Positions 21,081-34,346 of a stretch of 64,000 nucleotides of DNA are shown here, piece by piece. Both the position numbers and the translations under genes were made by a program. The notes below the pieces were generated by a model. That model saw only the letters and a list, made by a program, of their open reading frames with translations. It had not been told where the DNA came from and did no database searches. The DNA comes from Pseudogymnoascus verrucosus. Its lineage: Eukaryota. Location of the stretch: the NCBI GenBank assembly GCA_001662655.1, contig KV460247.1, one strand, 5' to 3'. Each line of letters starts with the position of its first letter. The first letter of the stretch is position 1.

Positions 21081-21595
21081 GCGCCAGATATTGGCCCTGG
21101 GGAGATGAACGAGAGATAGTGTACGATAGATGTGTGATGTGGGTGTTTGTGTCCGCATATAGATGGGCTGGGATGCCGATTGGGATGTAGGAACACGGGA
21201 ATGGAGATGGATGGGGTGCTGGGGCTTGATGGGTTGTTGAAGTAAAAAGCACCCGGAGAAGTCGGGTGTCCGATTGGTTGTAGGATAGATATACGTAGAA
21301 GTATAAAAACTCTATTTCACGGTCTGAAGGTTCACTTGATGGGTTTCAGTGACTGTGAGGACAGGAGACTTCAAGACGGCTACAGCAAATCGAAATGCAC
21401 AGAATCTAAAAACACATGTATCATCCATAAACTTAATATGCGTGTACAAACTATGAAGATGATGCACCACAACTCCCAGATGACCCCGCCTGGTCCGTTA
21501 CGCAACATTCTTTACGCACGATATAAAAACACCAATGTATCTCACACATATTTTCCAACCCCCACGGGGTACCTACCCCCCCATAATCCTCCCTA

Positions 21596-24500
21596 TCAAC
21601 CCTCATTAAGTTGCGTCAACACATCCTTCAACCCCAGCAATTCATCCACTACCTTCTCCTCCAGCTTCCCCGTCCTCTCCAGCTCCGACTCCCTCAACCC
21701 CAACGGCACAATCCGCTGGCTCAGTAATACCCGGCTGCTCAGCCAGTACTCGACGCTCTCCAGCACCGCTGTGGCATCCCACGGTATCGGCAAAACGCCT
21801 GACACCTGATTGCGGCAGCTATTCAAGATCATCGTCAGCAGCGCCAGGGAATGCGCCTCTGACAACGTCAACAGCGCCACACGAGTCTCTCTCCTCGGTC
21901 TCCCAGGTCGGCGCTCATCATCGCTCGAGTCTAGCGAGTGCTCCGCCTGCTCCAGCAGATTCGGGAACTGGCTCAGGAACACGGCAACCTCCGCCGCGAT
22001 GCTCGTCTCGAGGCGCGCGAGCAGATTCAGAAGCAAGGGAAGGATACCTCTTGCCCAGATGCTGTAACAGCGTATCGCACCCGCGGAATCGGCAAAGGGC
22101 CCGACGTTGGCGCGGCGCATGTACACTGTGAGAGGGGCGGAGGAAAGCAGGCCGAGGACGCCTTCGACGGCGAGTTGCTCGGCGATCTCGGGGATGGTAG
22201 AGAGCTCGAGGAGGAAGAGGATGCTGAGCTCGCCATAGACTGGGTCGCCGTCGATGGCTAGTTTGTCTGCCCAGGAGAAGAGGGCGGTGGCCATGCGGGC
22301 GGTGCCGTGCTTGGAGAGAATGGCTTGGACCTCGACTGTTCGGACCTCCATGCCTGGCATGAGGAGGCAGTTTTGCAGGATGGCGGTGATGATGGCGATG
22401 TCATCAGGCATGATTGTGCCGGATTGCTGGTGGAGGGCCGTTGCTAGGTCTCGGAAGCCTTGCCCGACAATATTATCGAGTATGTCCAAGGCGATAGTTA
22501 GGTTTGCTTGGGCGGCTGCGGGAACGGCGTTCAGCGACGAACGGAATTGCTGATCTGACGTGTCTTTCCGTGTGTGGATTCGTAGTAACAGGAAAAGCAC
22601 CTTTAGCAACGTCCTATAATACTGAGCGGCTTCCGGTCCATCAGACAGGGCCAATTCAAAGGTTGTTTGCAGATCAACAATTGCCCTCCAAGCAATTGGA
22701 AGAAGCTCCTTCAACATTGGTGTGTCTGGGTTTGTCTGCAGTAGCTTCTGTAGCAAAGTCAATGCAAAGTCTGCCCGGGTCTGGTTCAGTCGCGAGAATA
22801 TAGCTTCCGGGGGTTGACTCCTCGTATTGGATATCAGACAGTCCCGAGCAATTTCACATGAGATCGTGGCGACTGATGGGCCAATATCTGCTGTCCCACC
22901 AAGGTTGTGGCTGAGCTCAATGGCAAGCATTTCCCAACCACGAAGAAGAGACTAGATTATGTTAGTTGATAGACCGAGTATAGAGTGGTGCAGAACATAC
23001 TATTTGCGCATCGACCACGGAGAGGTTGACATTGGCCTTTATGAGTTCTTGAATAATGCCGTCGCCCTTCTTGCCTTTCCACGCCTGGTGGAAACATAGC
23101 ATCTTGTTAGCCAGTTCAATGTTGTAAAAATAGTCTTTTCCAAGCGTTTGGGTTTGTAGTTGGGTGAACTTGAAGCTCTGCAGGTTGCAGCCAGGGTAAC
23201 GAGCTTCCAAGTTCCTCTTAAGATTGGTCTGAAGTGAGGCATTATAAGCTGGCGCTGCAACCCCACATCGTATGAAATATTTCAGTTTGGGGAGTATATC
23301 TTTGACAGGGGCAACATTCCCCGACTGCCGCGAATGATAGAGGTGCATGGCTAAAATTTCAGCGACATATGCAGCCATACGTGCCTGGAATGCGCCCTCG
23401 ATTGAGCGATCGGTGCTTGCAGATGCAGCCAGTGCCTCGAAGCCACTAACATGGTCCAGCAACGCTGTGTTGAAGTCTGAATTCTTCAGAGCGTCTTTCA
23501 TAGCCCATGGCCAGTAGTTTTGAGCCAGAGAAATAAATTGTAGAATAGCCAGAGCTCGCGGCATGGGGATTTGTTTGATGTTTGATAGCTCCCCTAAGGC
23601 AATGCTTATCAGAGATTTCGAAGTCGCGGCTGCGCCGTTTGCGTTTCCTTTCAAGTTATCACGGGGGTTTTTACCCGTAAGAAGATAAATGGCAAACCAC
23701 TGCTGGCGGTTGCTAACAACAGCAGACAGCAAGTTCCATATCGGAATAACGTGGTCGTCGCTGTTTAATGGCTTTCCTAAATTCAACAGCATGTGAAGGA
23801 AGTTTTTTGATGTTTCTTGTCCAAGGTGAGCAAGTAACGAAGGAGGCTCTCCTGTGTTTGCAGATGCAATAATTACAAGTTCCTCGAGTAGAGTTGTAAC
23901 AGGCAGTCGATAGGCCCAATTGACAGCGTAAAGCCTGGCAATGAGCGGTGAAACCTTGAAAAGTTGGCCTTCCAACTGAGAACCTGATCGTTGAAGTAGC
24001 GTGCCGACTTTTATCAAACTCTTCGTGAAGCCGAGGATCGACTTTACTTGTGCAATCCATAGTATACGATATTGGTTCCGGACCGTCGACTCTGGAGTTG
24101 CGAATCCGTCCAGAAAGCCTCTGAATAAAGATTGGAACCGGAGAAGACCTGATGTTGGCGATAGGAAGGTTTCCACTACTTGACTTGCTGCTGGGCCCAG
24201 TGATGACGAAAGGTTTGAACCAGAGGATGGATCCTCTCCAATACCATAGTTGTAATGCAGCAACTTATCGAATATAGATGAAATATGTTTCGACAATAAG
24301 AGGCGTTGCTCGGGGATCGCATAACGCCAATTGCAGGCACTTTCAAACACCCCAAGAAGAGTTTTGGAATACGATGCGGTGACCTTTGAAAGAACGTGAT
24401 CCGGGACGCCAGTTCCTAAATCATCGGTGCTACCCGTCTGTGCAGTAGATTTCAAGCCGCCTTTCCGAAGGACAGCGTGTGTGACCAGGTCTTCGACTAA

Positions 24501-27211
24501 CGCTCCGAAGAGATGGACGGACGATAGTAAGAAGTCAAACTTTGCGTTTACGAACTCAATGCCAGACAGTATCGTAGTGAGACGACCACTGCGGCCCTCC
24601 TGGTCAAGCAAACCTGAGCGAGCGATCAAGGGCCATACTCTTCCTGGAAGAACAGGCACCAGCGCGTGAATGAATTGAACGCAGGCATTGAGAAGATCTA
24701 GGTTTGCTTCAGAAGCTGACCCGCCGGCTTGCCGTTCCAGCTCCTCTTCGAAAATTGAGAAAACAACCAACACGATATCGCGGTTGCGATCGAGGCCGTC
24801 ACTGGCTTGCTCAAGTATCCGATGGGCTGCCCCGTTCGAGTCGCCTGTCCCGCCATTCGACTCATTTATACGGATGCTTGTTCTGACAAGAGTGGCCAAA
24901 ATCGAAACAATCTCAACGAGATCTTCTTGAGAGGCAAGCTGGTCTTTTATGGCGTCGACATACTCTCCAGCACCCATTCCAGCCTCGAGGAGTTTACCCA
25001 AGTATTTCAGACCTGAGTACTCGTAGAACCACACAGCGACTCTAGGATTGCGTTCCGAAACAATACGTCCTTGGGTGCCAGCTGGAATGCAAAATTCGTT
25101 TGTAATTTGTTCCATGCCAGTTGAGACACCGCCCGAACCCGTTCGCCTATACATCAAGCTTAGGTTCGCACGAGGCTTGAATAGCATTACGCTGTCGGTT
25201 AGTTCGACAATATTCAAATTCTCTTCCTCCTGTGTAGTCTGGTAGTCTCGGAAGTCGTGCGGCAAAGCAAACATAAAACATGTGAGATTGTCGAGAGACT
25301 GGACGGCAGCAGGCGTGCCATCATCTGCCTCGTACTCGCAGCTTGAAATTGCACGGATGAACCTCAAGAATGGAAGGCTTTCGTAAGGGTATCTCGACGC
25401 TGATGCAGATAGGAACCTTTCCACGAGGTAATCATCCTGCATGAAATATGTGACGGGATTTTCATCAATCCGAGCAGAGTGAAACGTGTTCTGGTTCCAA
25501 TAATCAGTGGCGCCTGTCAGGCACGACAATGCTGCAGATACAACTTCCTCGCCGTATTGGACCAGGGGTGTAGTGCATCGAATAACGTCCAAGATAATAA
25601 TCCGTATCCTTGAGTCGAAAATGTCCGCCAGGTCCTGCCCAGAGCTTGCGCCAAACGTGGTTGCCAGCATTGATAATACATTAAAGACTTTGATCTGGTC
25701 TACCGCACAGACTGCCAAATAGTGTATAGGGCTTTCCTTTTCATGTCCGGTCATGATAGCAGCTATCACTTCCGCAAAAATTCCAGTATCAGCTGTCGCG
25801 CTCGGTCCAGTTGAAGAATTTAACCCATAGTTTTCGTCGTCATCTTCCGTAGCCTCAAGGGCGCGGGATCGAGCTTCATCCTTCTTTCTTGTCAAGTCTT
25901 CCATGGCGAATAAAATAAGCGCCCATGCGAGAATTGCCGGACTAGCGATAGTGGACACATTGGATGCGGACATGGAAATTACCTCGTGTATTTTGAGGAT
26001 AGTCTCCAGGTCCGTAATATATGATGGCGTGCCGTCCTCGGTCTCTGGGGCCTCGGTTTGGCCTTCATCGTAAATCTGCAACACCATATTTTGGCAATCA
26101 AGCATTGATAGTGATACTACCGATACCAGCGACTGGATTGAGGACGTAAGAGTGAGTAGCGAAGGATCGGGGTGACTAAAGTTTTCAAAGAAGCCATAAG
26201 CAGACATAAATTGAAACCATTCGAGCACATTTGCACCCGAACGAGTGTCTTTCCGATAGTCCAAGATCAACAGAGTGATCTCCAAGGAGTGCACTGCCTC
26301 AATAACTCGGCCTTGGAGCCACTCAGATTCGACGTTCGGTCGACCACCCTCGCATTTGAACCACCCGCTTCCATCATTAAGGGTATCAAAATTCGCCTTT
26401 AGGGATGTGATAGAGTAATGCAAGAACCTTTCCGGGTTCTGCTCCTGTGATGTGACAAAGGCTTCTGCCACGCGATCTATCCATGTCGTTTCAGCGTTAA
26501 GGCCCTTGCCTTTCGATTCAAACGTGCGGAAGCCGACATGGAAAATCAATTTGCTGCACGCTAGAATACTCTGGCGTTCCGTGAGATATAACTGAACGGC
26601 GCGAAGTCGTCTATCCTCGTCTGAATCTGATTTATTTCCGCCCGCAGCATTCTTCGCCGCGCTGAGCGCAAGAGATAGAAGGTTCGAAGACTCGGTGTTG
26701 ATGTTCCCAGCAGCTGTCTGGAGGCTGACGGCTTCCTCATTCGAGAATTCGCTTTTGAGTTGCGCTGCTGCCCGGGATTGGTATTCCAAAACGATAATCC
26801 TCAACGCCGAAACCTCATCGATCTGAACCTCTTTACTGAGCCAAAGCGCATCCTCCTTTATTTTGTTGATATCGTATTCGCAATTGCTAGTTGGAGCAAC
26901 ATTGATAGCAGCTGTTTTGGTTTCGAAGGCAGCTTTGGTGTTGGATTGCGAGAATGAAAATGGGTGAAAAGGTCGCGCCAGCAATTTTTGAACTTGTGTG
27001 TCACTAAAAAAGCTCTCTAAATGGGAATCCGATGTCCCAAATTTATCAAGGTGCAAGAGGCAGGAGTATGCTGCCCCCCAGGAGCTACGATGAAGTCAGT
27101 ATGGGTGGGTTTTGAGTTCGAAGAGTTTGGATAGGCATACATGAGGAGCTGTTTGTTGGATAAACATTCCTCCAACGGGGGGAAATAATTCGACTCATTA
27201 TTTGGCACCAT
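21596..27211 (-). CDS. NUP188: Nucleoporin Nup188 (~1836 aa); exons 27211-27141, 27084-23001, 22951-21596
   Basis: Very large helical-repeat protein with N-terminal YFPPLEECL, AFETKTAAINV...IKEDALWLSKEVQIDEVSALRIIVLE and C-terminal DGDPVYGELS. Splice phases are consistent. Confidence 0.88.
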
Positions 27212-27399
27212 TGCTATCGGGCACAGCAATGTATGCTGTGCAGGAGCAGCATGGCATGGAGCTTCAAAAAGCTCTTCGATGTCTTGATAGGGTCGCAAGT
27301 GCTGCGCGGCTGTTTATTTGGCGCGTCGGGAAATAGTGCAACCGCGTTTACAAGGGACCCTAGGGTGCCGAACTTGTGGTGGGTGAATGTGGGGGCGAA

Positions 27400-27406
27400 T
27401 GACTCT
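27400..27406 (+). promoter_or_regulatory. Possible Gcn4/CpcA site (TGACTCT) in the NUP188/TRP1 divergent promoter
   Basis: One mismatch from TGACTCA, about 165 nt upstream of an amino-acid biosynthesis gene. Function is inferred. Confidence 0.35.
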
Positions 27407-27568
27407 ATCGCTAGAGGGCTACAGCTAAATAATATCTCGGGACAATTGCCTTCGATAAGAATACCACATTTACTCAACACCAGTACATGACCCAAACTCT
27501 TCTCTCAAGCCGGTTTTAGGTCGCCGGCCACTCGAAGAAACTGTGCGAGAAACTATTATAAGATCAAC

Positions 27569-29911
27569 ATGCCTTCTCTTGAACTGATCGACCATTCCCC
27601 CCACGGGCACGCCGCCGTGGCGCCGCTCGAAAATGCTTCCAACCTTATTATGATTGATAACTACGATTCTTTCACCTGGAACATTTACCAATACCTGGTG
27701 CTCGAGGGCGCAACAGTTACAGTTTACCGCAATGACAAGATAACTGTGGAGGAACTCGCTGCTAAGAAGCCAACGCAACTGGTCATCAGCCCTGGCCCAG
27801 GTCACCCAAGCTCCGACTCCGGAGTTAGCAGAGATGCTATTAAGCATTTCGCAGGAAAGATTCCTGTTCTTGGGGTCTGCATGGGACAGTAAGTATTGAC
27901 ATTGGCAATTTATACCTATGGAAAACTGACAATTGGCAGACAATGCATCTTCTCCGTCTTCGGCGGTGAGGTCTCGTATGCAGGCGAGATTCTCCACGGA
28001 AAAACGTCGCCTTTGCGCCATGACTCCAAAGGGATGTACGCGGGACTTCCACAGGACTTACCTGTTACACGATACCACTCGCTAGCCGGAACACATCCGA
28101 CTCTACCGGAGGCCTTGGAGGTGACGTCCTGGATAGCGGGCCCAGATAACAATGACGGGAAAGGTGTCATCATGGGTGTGCGTCACAAAGAGTACGTCGT
28201 AGAAGGAGTTCAGTTCCACCCGGAAAGCATCTTAACTGAAGAGGGCCGGGTTATGCTGAAGAACTTCTTGAAGATGCGTGGTGGTACATGGGCAGAGAAC
28301 GAACGGCTTCAAAAAGAAGCTGCGTCCAAAGCTACACCGCCTGGGGTCGCCTCTTCCCAGAAAGAGAACATTCTCGACAAAATATTCGCCCACCGAAAGG
28401 CTGCTGTCACTGCACAGAAGCAAATCCCATCCCAGCGTCCGAGTGACCTCCAGGCGTCTTATGATATGAACCTTTCCCCACCAAACATATCATTTGTGGA
28501 TCGGTTGAGGCTGTCCCCATACCCACTATCTCTCATGGCTGAGGTTAAACGGGCGTCTCCTTCGAAGGGTATAATATCCATTTCGACGTGTGCGCCTGCC
28601 CAGGCCATGGAGTATGCACTTGCTGGGGCGAGTGTTATTTCGGTACTTACGGAGCCCGAGTGGTTCAAGGGGAGTATTGACGATTTGCGTTATGTCCGCC
28701 AAGCGCTGGAAGGCATGCCTAATCGACCAGCTATACTCCGAAAGGAATTCATCTTCGAGGAATACCAAATACTCGAAGCAAGACTTGCCGGGGCCGATAC
28801 TGTGTTGCTCATCGTGAAGATGCTGGACGAAGCCACCTTGCAAAGGCTTTACTCATATTCCCTGACTCTAGGGATGGAGCCATTGGTTGAGGTTAACACC
28901 GCAGACGAAATGAAGGTGGCAGTTGACCTTGGAGCTAAGGTTATAGGTGTAAATAACCGAAACCTGGCAAGCTTCGAGGTTGACTTGGAAACTACGAGCC
29001 GTCTCATGAGCCAAGTCCCAGAGACAACAATCGTATGTGCTCTGAGTGGTATTTCTGGGCCTCAAGACGTGGCGTCTTATCAGAAGAATGGTGTTGGAGC
29101 TGTTCTTGTTGGTGAGGCGCTTATGCGGGCGAGTGACAAGCCCAAGTTCATTGCGGAACTCCTTGGAGGCTCCCTTGATGCGCCTACGAACGCGCCAGAA
29201 CAGCCCCTTCTGGTTAAGATCTGTGGAACACGGTCTGCCAAAGCCGCTGCAACGGCGGTTGCAGCTGGTGCAGATTTTGTTGGCATGATACTTGTCCCAG
29301 GCCGTAAACGCACTGTCACTGAGGAGGAAGGACTGGCAATTTCTGAGGTGGTACACAAAGCGACGCCAAGGACTGTCAAGACCAATTCACAGATCAAGGC
29401 AACTGCGGGCTCTGATTTCTTTGCCGCGGCGGCATCTACTTTGACATCTGCGCGCCCTCTACTAGTTGGTGTCTTCCAAAACCAGTCGCTTGAGGAAGTT
29501 TTGAGACTGCAGAAGTTGTTTAGCTTGGATGTTGTTCAACTCCACGGCGATGAGCCATTGGAGTGGTCGAAACTCATCCCCGTCCCGGTCGTTAAGAGCT
29601 TCAGGCCCGAACAGGTCAACATCGGCTCCAGAGGCTACCATGCAGTTCCATTGCTTGATTCTGCAACTGGCGGATCGGGTGAAAAGTTGGATATGAGCAA
29701 AGTTAGGGAAACCCTGGAGAAAGACCAAGGGCTTCGCGTGATGCTTGCTGGTGGTCTGAACGCTGATAATGTTGTGGGGGCTGTTCGTGAGGTTGGCGAG
29801 TTGAGCAGCAGGATTATCGGAGTTGATGTCAGCAGCGGTGTTGAGGAGGGTGGCGCTCAGGATCTTGATAAGATCATATCCTTCATCAAGGCGGCAAAAA
29901 GTGTTCGTTGA
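27569..29911 (+). CDS. TRP1: Trifunctional tryptophan biosynthesis protein (anthranilate synthase glutamine amidotransferase - IGPS - PRAI; trp-1/trpC); intron 27889-27939
   Basis: GATase: [84 protein letters not shown]. Confidence 0.97.
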
Positions 29912-30376
29912 GTAAAGGTGGAAGGAATTCTTCAGAATGTCTTTATGATCCAATGATTTTAATACCACAAAAAGTTCAACCGTCTTCTGAGGTGCCATGT
30001 GAAATTGCCATCGACAAAGTTCTTCCTCTTCTTCACCCTAACAAATATATTCGGACACAAGTAGGTCGATTGCAGCCGCACACTCTTCGTCCACAGCATT
30101 CAGACAGAACCTACTCTTCTCTTTGAGACTTCGTGTAGGTTCCAAGACAACCAGAGATAAAGTGCAGCTTCCTTATACCTTCAACACGGGCGTCTTCTCA
30201 GTTTACTCACTTCATATTATATACTTGGGCACCTCATTATTTCATACTCACTTAACTCTTCACTCTACATCACTCTCTTGAAGACTGCTCGACTAAATTC
30301 GTTCCGTTTTAAATAATTTACAACCTCGGTCGAGATCAACTACCTCACCGAGCAACAGTTTCACCAGTACGATAAA

Positions 30377-31693
30377 ATGGCCAAGAAATCAGCAGTACCG
30401 CCAGCAGACAAAATCTTCGCCGGCAAAGTCTTCGTCCTGCAAGGCGATTTCGGGCGTTACCCTCGAACTCACCTAAACATCGCCCGCCTAATCGCCGGCC
30501 ACGGCGGCTGCGTCGACAGCACAGTAACAGACCGAACAACCCTCCTCGTGACCACCATCGATGAGTTCCACAAGAGACCCCCCGCGGGTAAGTTTTGTCT
30601 CCATTTTCATTTTCATATTCATTTCATTACTTCTCATTGACCGCCTCCCTCTGACTTTCGGTCTCTGGTTCCAGTCGAGAAGTCCATTTCAATGGGGAAG
30701 GCGAGATGCAGAATCGTTCAGTGGGAGTATGTGGAGGATTCGATCTTTACCAAGAATGGGAAGCCGAGGGTCATTTCGGCGAATTTTCATGAGATTCAGA
30801 GTGTGCTGAAGAGACAGAATCGGCTCAGCGAGGCGAAGGCTATTTACAAGAAGAAGTTTATTGAGGGTGCGAATTCTATGAAGGGATTGGCGGATCCGGG
30901 TAGGTGGTTTTTTTTATTTCCCCTTTGTTCCCCTTATTCTTTCTCCATGTTATATTCAAATAAAGACTAAATGTTTTTATTTCCCCTTTGTTTCCCTCTA
31001 TTCCCTTTTATTCTTTATCCAGGTTATATTGAAATAAAGTGTACATGGTCGACAACTATTTCCTAATTTCGCGTTTCTATTGCTAGTTATCAAAATCATG
31101 GAATTCCAAGGTGATCGCCCAAGAGGGAGAAGCACAATAATTACAAACCGAGACTAACAATCCAGGCCTCCACCACGTCTACCTCGACACGACCGGCTTC
31201 AAATATCTCGTGGTCCTAAGCCGTCTCACAAAAGTCGACCAGAAAACCAGAGTCGAGAAATACACCCTCCTCGTACGTCCCCCTCCTCCGCTCCCCCCCT
31301 CTCCCCCCCTCTCCCTCTTCCCCCTCCCTCTCCCATCCCCGTCATATCTTCTAACGCCCCCTCCAGCTCTTCGAATCCAACGCCTCCCCCTACACCTACA
31401 CCGTGGGCATAAAATTCAACCGCCCCGGCCACGCCACAACCTACATCAAAGAATACATGGTCCCCTCGACCTTCGACGTTGCCTTCCGGCAGTTCCGCAA
31501 GTTCTTCAAGATCAAAACGGGGATTGAATGGGATTGTAGACTTGATGGCCCGGGGGCGGGGGAGGATGCGTTCGTATATGTGCCGCCGGGGAGGGGGGAG
31601 CCGAGGGGGGTGATGCCGAAGGATTGGAAGGAGCCGGTGGTGGGGAAGGTGGGGGGTGGAGCGGGAGCGGATAGGGAGGGGGGGAGCGGGTGA
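30377..31693 (+). CDS. BRCT + WGR-like domain protein (~289 aa); exons 30377-30587, 30675-30899, 31166-31272, 31367-31693
   Basis: BRCT pattern IFAGKVFVLQG..IAGHGG..TTLLV..IVQWEYVEDS. WGR-type pattern GLHHVYLDTTGFKY..YTLLLFES..AFRQFRKFFKIKTGIEWDCR. All splice phases join. Confidence 0.75.
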
Positions 31694-32144
31694 GGGTGGG
31701 AGGCGGGGGGGTGATGGGGGTGATGGTCGTCGAGGAGAGTACGATGCTGTAGCGGGAGGGGGGGTTTTTTTTTTTTTTTTTGCAAATCTAGAGTCAAGAG
31801 CGCTTGCTGTGGTTGGGGGTATTATCAAGTACTCGACAGATTTCTTTCTGGTGGGGAAATGGGGTGTCTGCATCGCTTTATGGGGGAACTGGATTTTACA
31901 AAGTTGAGAATGGGATATGAGCTTAGCAACAGCATGGAGAAGAGAAACAGCATAATTAACAACGCCCAAATCAATATTCAATCAATTCCAGTTAATCCCA
32001 ATAAAAGCCAAATTATAACATATTCAAAAACCATCGTTCTCAATTGCAACTGTTAACAATAACATAACATATTTTTTACGCCCCACCCCCAGTCATCAAC
32101 CATACCAAGTTGAACCCCCCAAACCCCCCCAAATCCCCCAACAC

Positions 32145-33951
32145 TTATGCCTTTACCTCCCCCAGCGCCGCCCTCCTCCACTCCCAATAATTCTTCCTCA
32201 CCCCATCATACTTCTCCCCCAACAACCTCAGCGCCCTATCGGCCCTCTCCTTCTCCCCCTTCTCCGCCCACACATCAGCCAAAAAATCCAACGCATGCGA
32301 GCTCCTCACCTCCTCCTCCGCGTCTCCAAGTTTAACAAACTCTCCCGCAAACCCCTCCTCAGACTTCAACTCCCTCCCCCCCTTCCTCAGCACGCCGCGC
32401 AGGAAGTTCCACGGACTCTGGTTCTGCGGCGCAAGATAGATCGCGTTCTCCGCGACCCTAATCTCGCGGTCCAGGATCTCAGCCGGGATTTTGGGATCAA
32501 CCTCCGTAGCCTTGGACCCCTCAGTCGAGTTCCCCGGATCCGAAAACACGAGGAAGAACCGATGCGACCAGGCGGAGTTATTCCTCACATCCTCCTCAAT
32601 CAACCTCTCCACCGCTCCCAGCTCCCCGGGGTCCTGACACTGACTCGGGAACAAATCCAGTTTCCTCACGAGATATTGGCGGTATGACCAAACATGGTAA
32701 TTCTTGCTATCCTCCGCAAACATCTGCGTCAGGAACGCGATCTCCTCCCTCGCGAGCTCTAGCACCTTTTCGCGATCGGCGGAGATGGTGGGGTAGAGGT
32801 TATCGATCAGGAGCTGGCGGTGGTGCCAGATCTGGTAGTTCTTTTGGTTGTTAAGCGCCACTTCGTTGAGCCAGGCGAGCTCGTCAGAGAGAGTGAAGGT
32901 TAGCGCGAAGAGAGTGCTCGCCCGGTAGAGCCAGACGGTGTAGTGGGCGGGGTTGAGGCTGATGATGTGGGATGTTAGTGCTAGGGTGCGCGGGGAGTGC
33001 TCTTTGGATGCCATGACGGCGCGGAGGTAGGCGATGGCTGTTGTGACGAGTTAGCTGGGTTGGGTAAAAAGTGTTGGGGGTTGGGGAGGGAGACATACCT
33101 TCCGCATACTCGTCGGTGTAGGCAATTGCTGCTAATGGGTTCTTCCCATCGTCTTGTGGAATGGGCGTCACATCATCCCAAGTCGGATCTCCCTCATATC
33201 TGCCAACCTGCTTTCCCGATTCCATTTTAACAATCTCAGCTCTGCGCTTCTGTTCGTCCAGCCTATCTTCTTCCGTCAAAGGTCGTAGTGTCTCCTCGTT
33301 GACCTTCTCAAAATCCAAATCCGTAGTTTCCGGCTCCCAGATGCACTTCTTGATATAGTCCTTGTCGGCGCTACTCGGCTCCGTACTAGGTTTGTAATGC
33401 TGTTTCGCCCACTTCTCTCTAAAGGTCTCACTCTCCCATTTCAGTATCCTCAGTTTCTCCTCGTCCTCCTTCCACGCCTCGTACTGCGGAATCGTATAAT
33501 CCTCGATATTATTTCCCCTCCTGTCTTTGCCTAGCGGATATGGCTCCGGTAGTGGTTGTGAGATCTTGAGCTGGTCAACAAGCTTTAGGAAATCCTTCTG
33601 TAGTGGTGCGCTCCAGGTTGTGTAGGCCTCAGATTCTAGCAGCGCAAACGTAGAGTATGCAGTCTTTTCCGCAGCCGTGAGCCCGTCCCAGCCTTTCGTA
33701 TCATGCAGAACCTGTAGAGGCCTAGAAGCAAGGTATTCCGCACGTCGCTTTTCGCCGATAGTCTTGTACTCTGTTGGCGGAGGTGGTTTTGAAGCCGCTT
33801 GCTTTTCTGTAGAAATTTGGACCGTTAGAGCTCATAGTCTACGTCATAGCTTGTTGCGGATTACCGAAAGGCCCTTGGAAAGTGCTATTTCGGTAAAAGA
33901 GTATGGATAGAAGTGGTACTTACGGGATTGTTGCTTGCCCTTGGGAGCCAT
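32145..33951 (-). CDS. RAM2: Protein farnesyltransferase/geranylgeranyltransferase-I alpha subunit (~542 aa, long N-terminal extension); exons 33951-33924, 33806-33099, 33037-32145
   Basis: DPTWDDVTPIPQDD start of core; PFTA repeats NPAHYTVWLYR, KNYQIWHHR, KNYHVWSYR, RNNSAWSHR, NQSPWNFL; C-terminal DGVRKNYW. Confidence 0.93.
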
Positions 33952-34346
33952 CGTTGCTGTTGCGGGGGATGGCGGGGTTTATGTAGGAATATTGAGGTGA
34001 GGTGAGGGACGTCGCGAAGTGCGGTAAGGGACAATGCTAAGAGACGGAAGCTACCAGAGAGCAGTCAACTATCACATTTCAATGCAACCACTCAAAGGCT
34101 CGAATTATACCAATTGCGATGGGATTACGTTCTTGTCTTTACGATTACCATTGTTCTCCCTGGAGCAGATTTATACCTTGCTTGGACGGCAAGGGATTGC
34201 GCCTCACATGATTTAGGGGATCATATTGTGGAAGAATTGTAATTATTGTTTGCTATGAGCTCGCGCTGCATTATAATCATTATTTACATCTGTAAGACTG
34301 TTAATACACCCCCCAGATGATTGTTTTAGACCCCATTTCCCATTAA

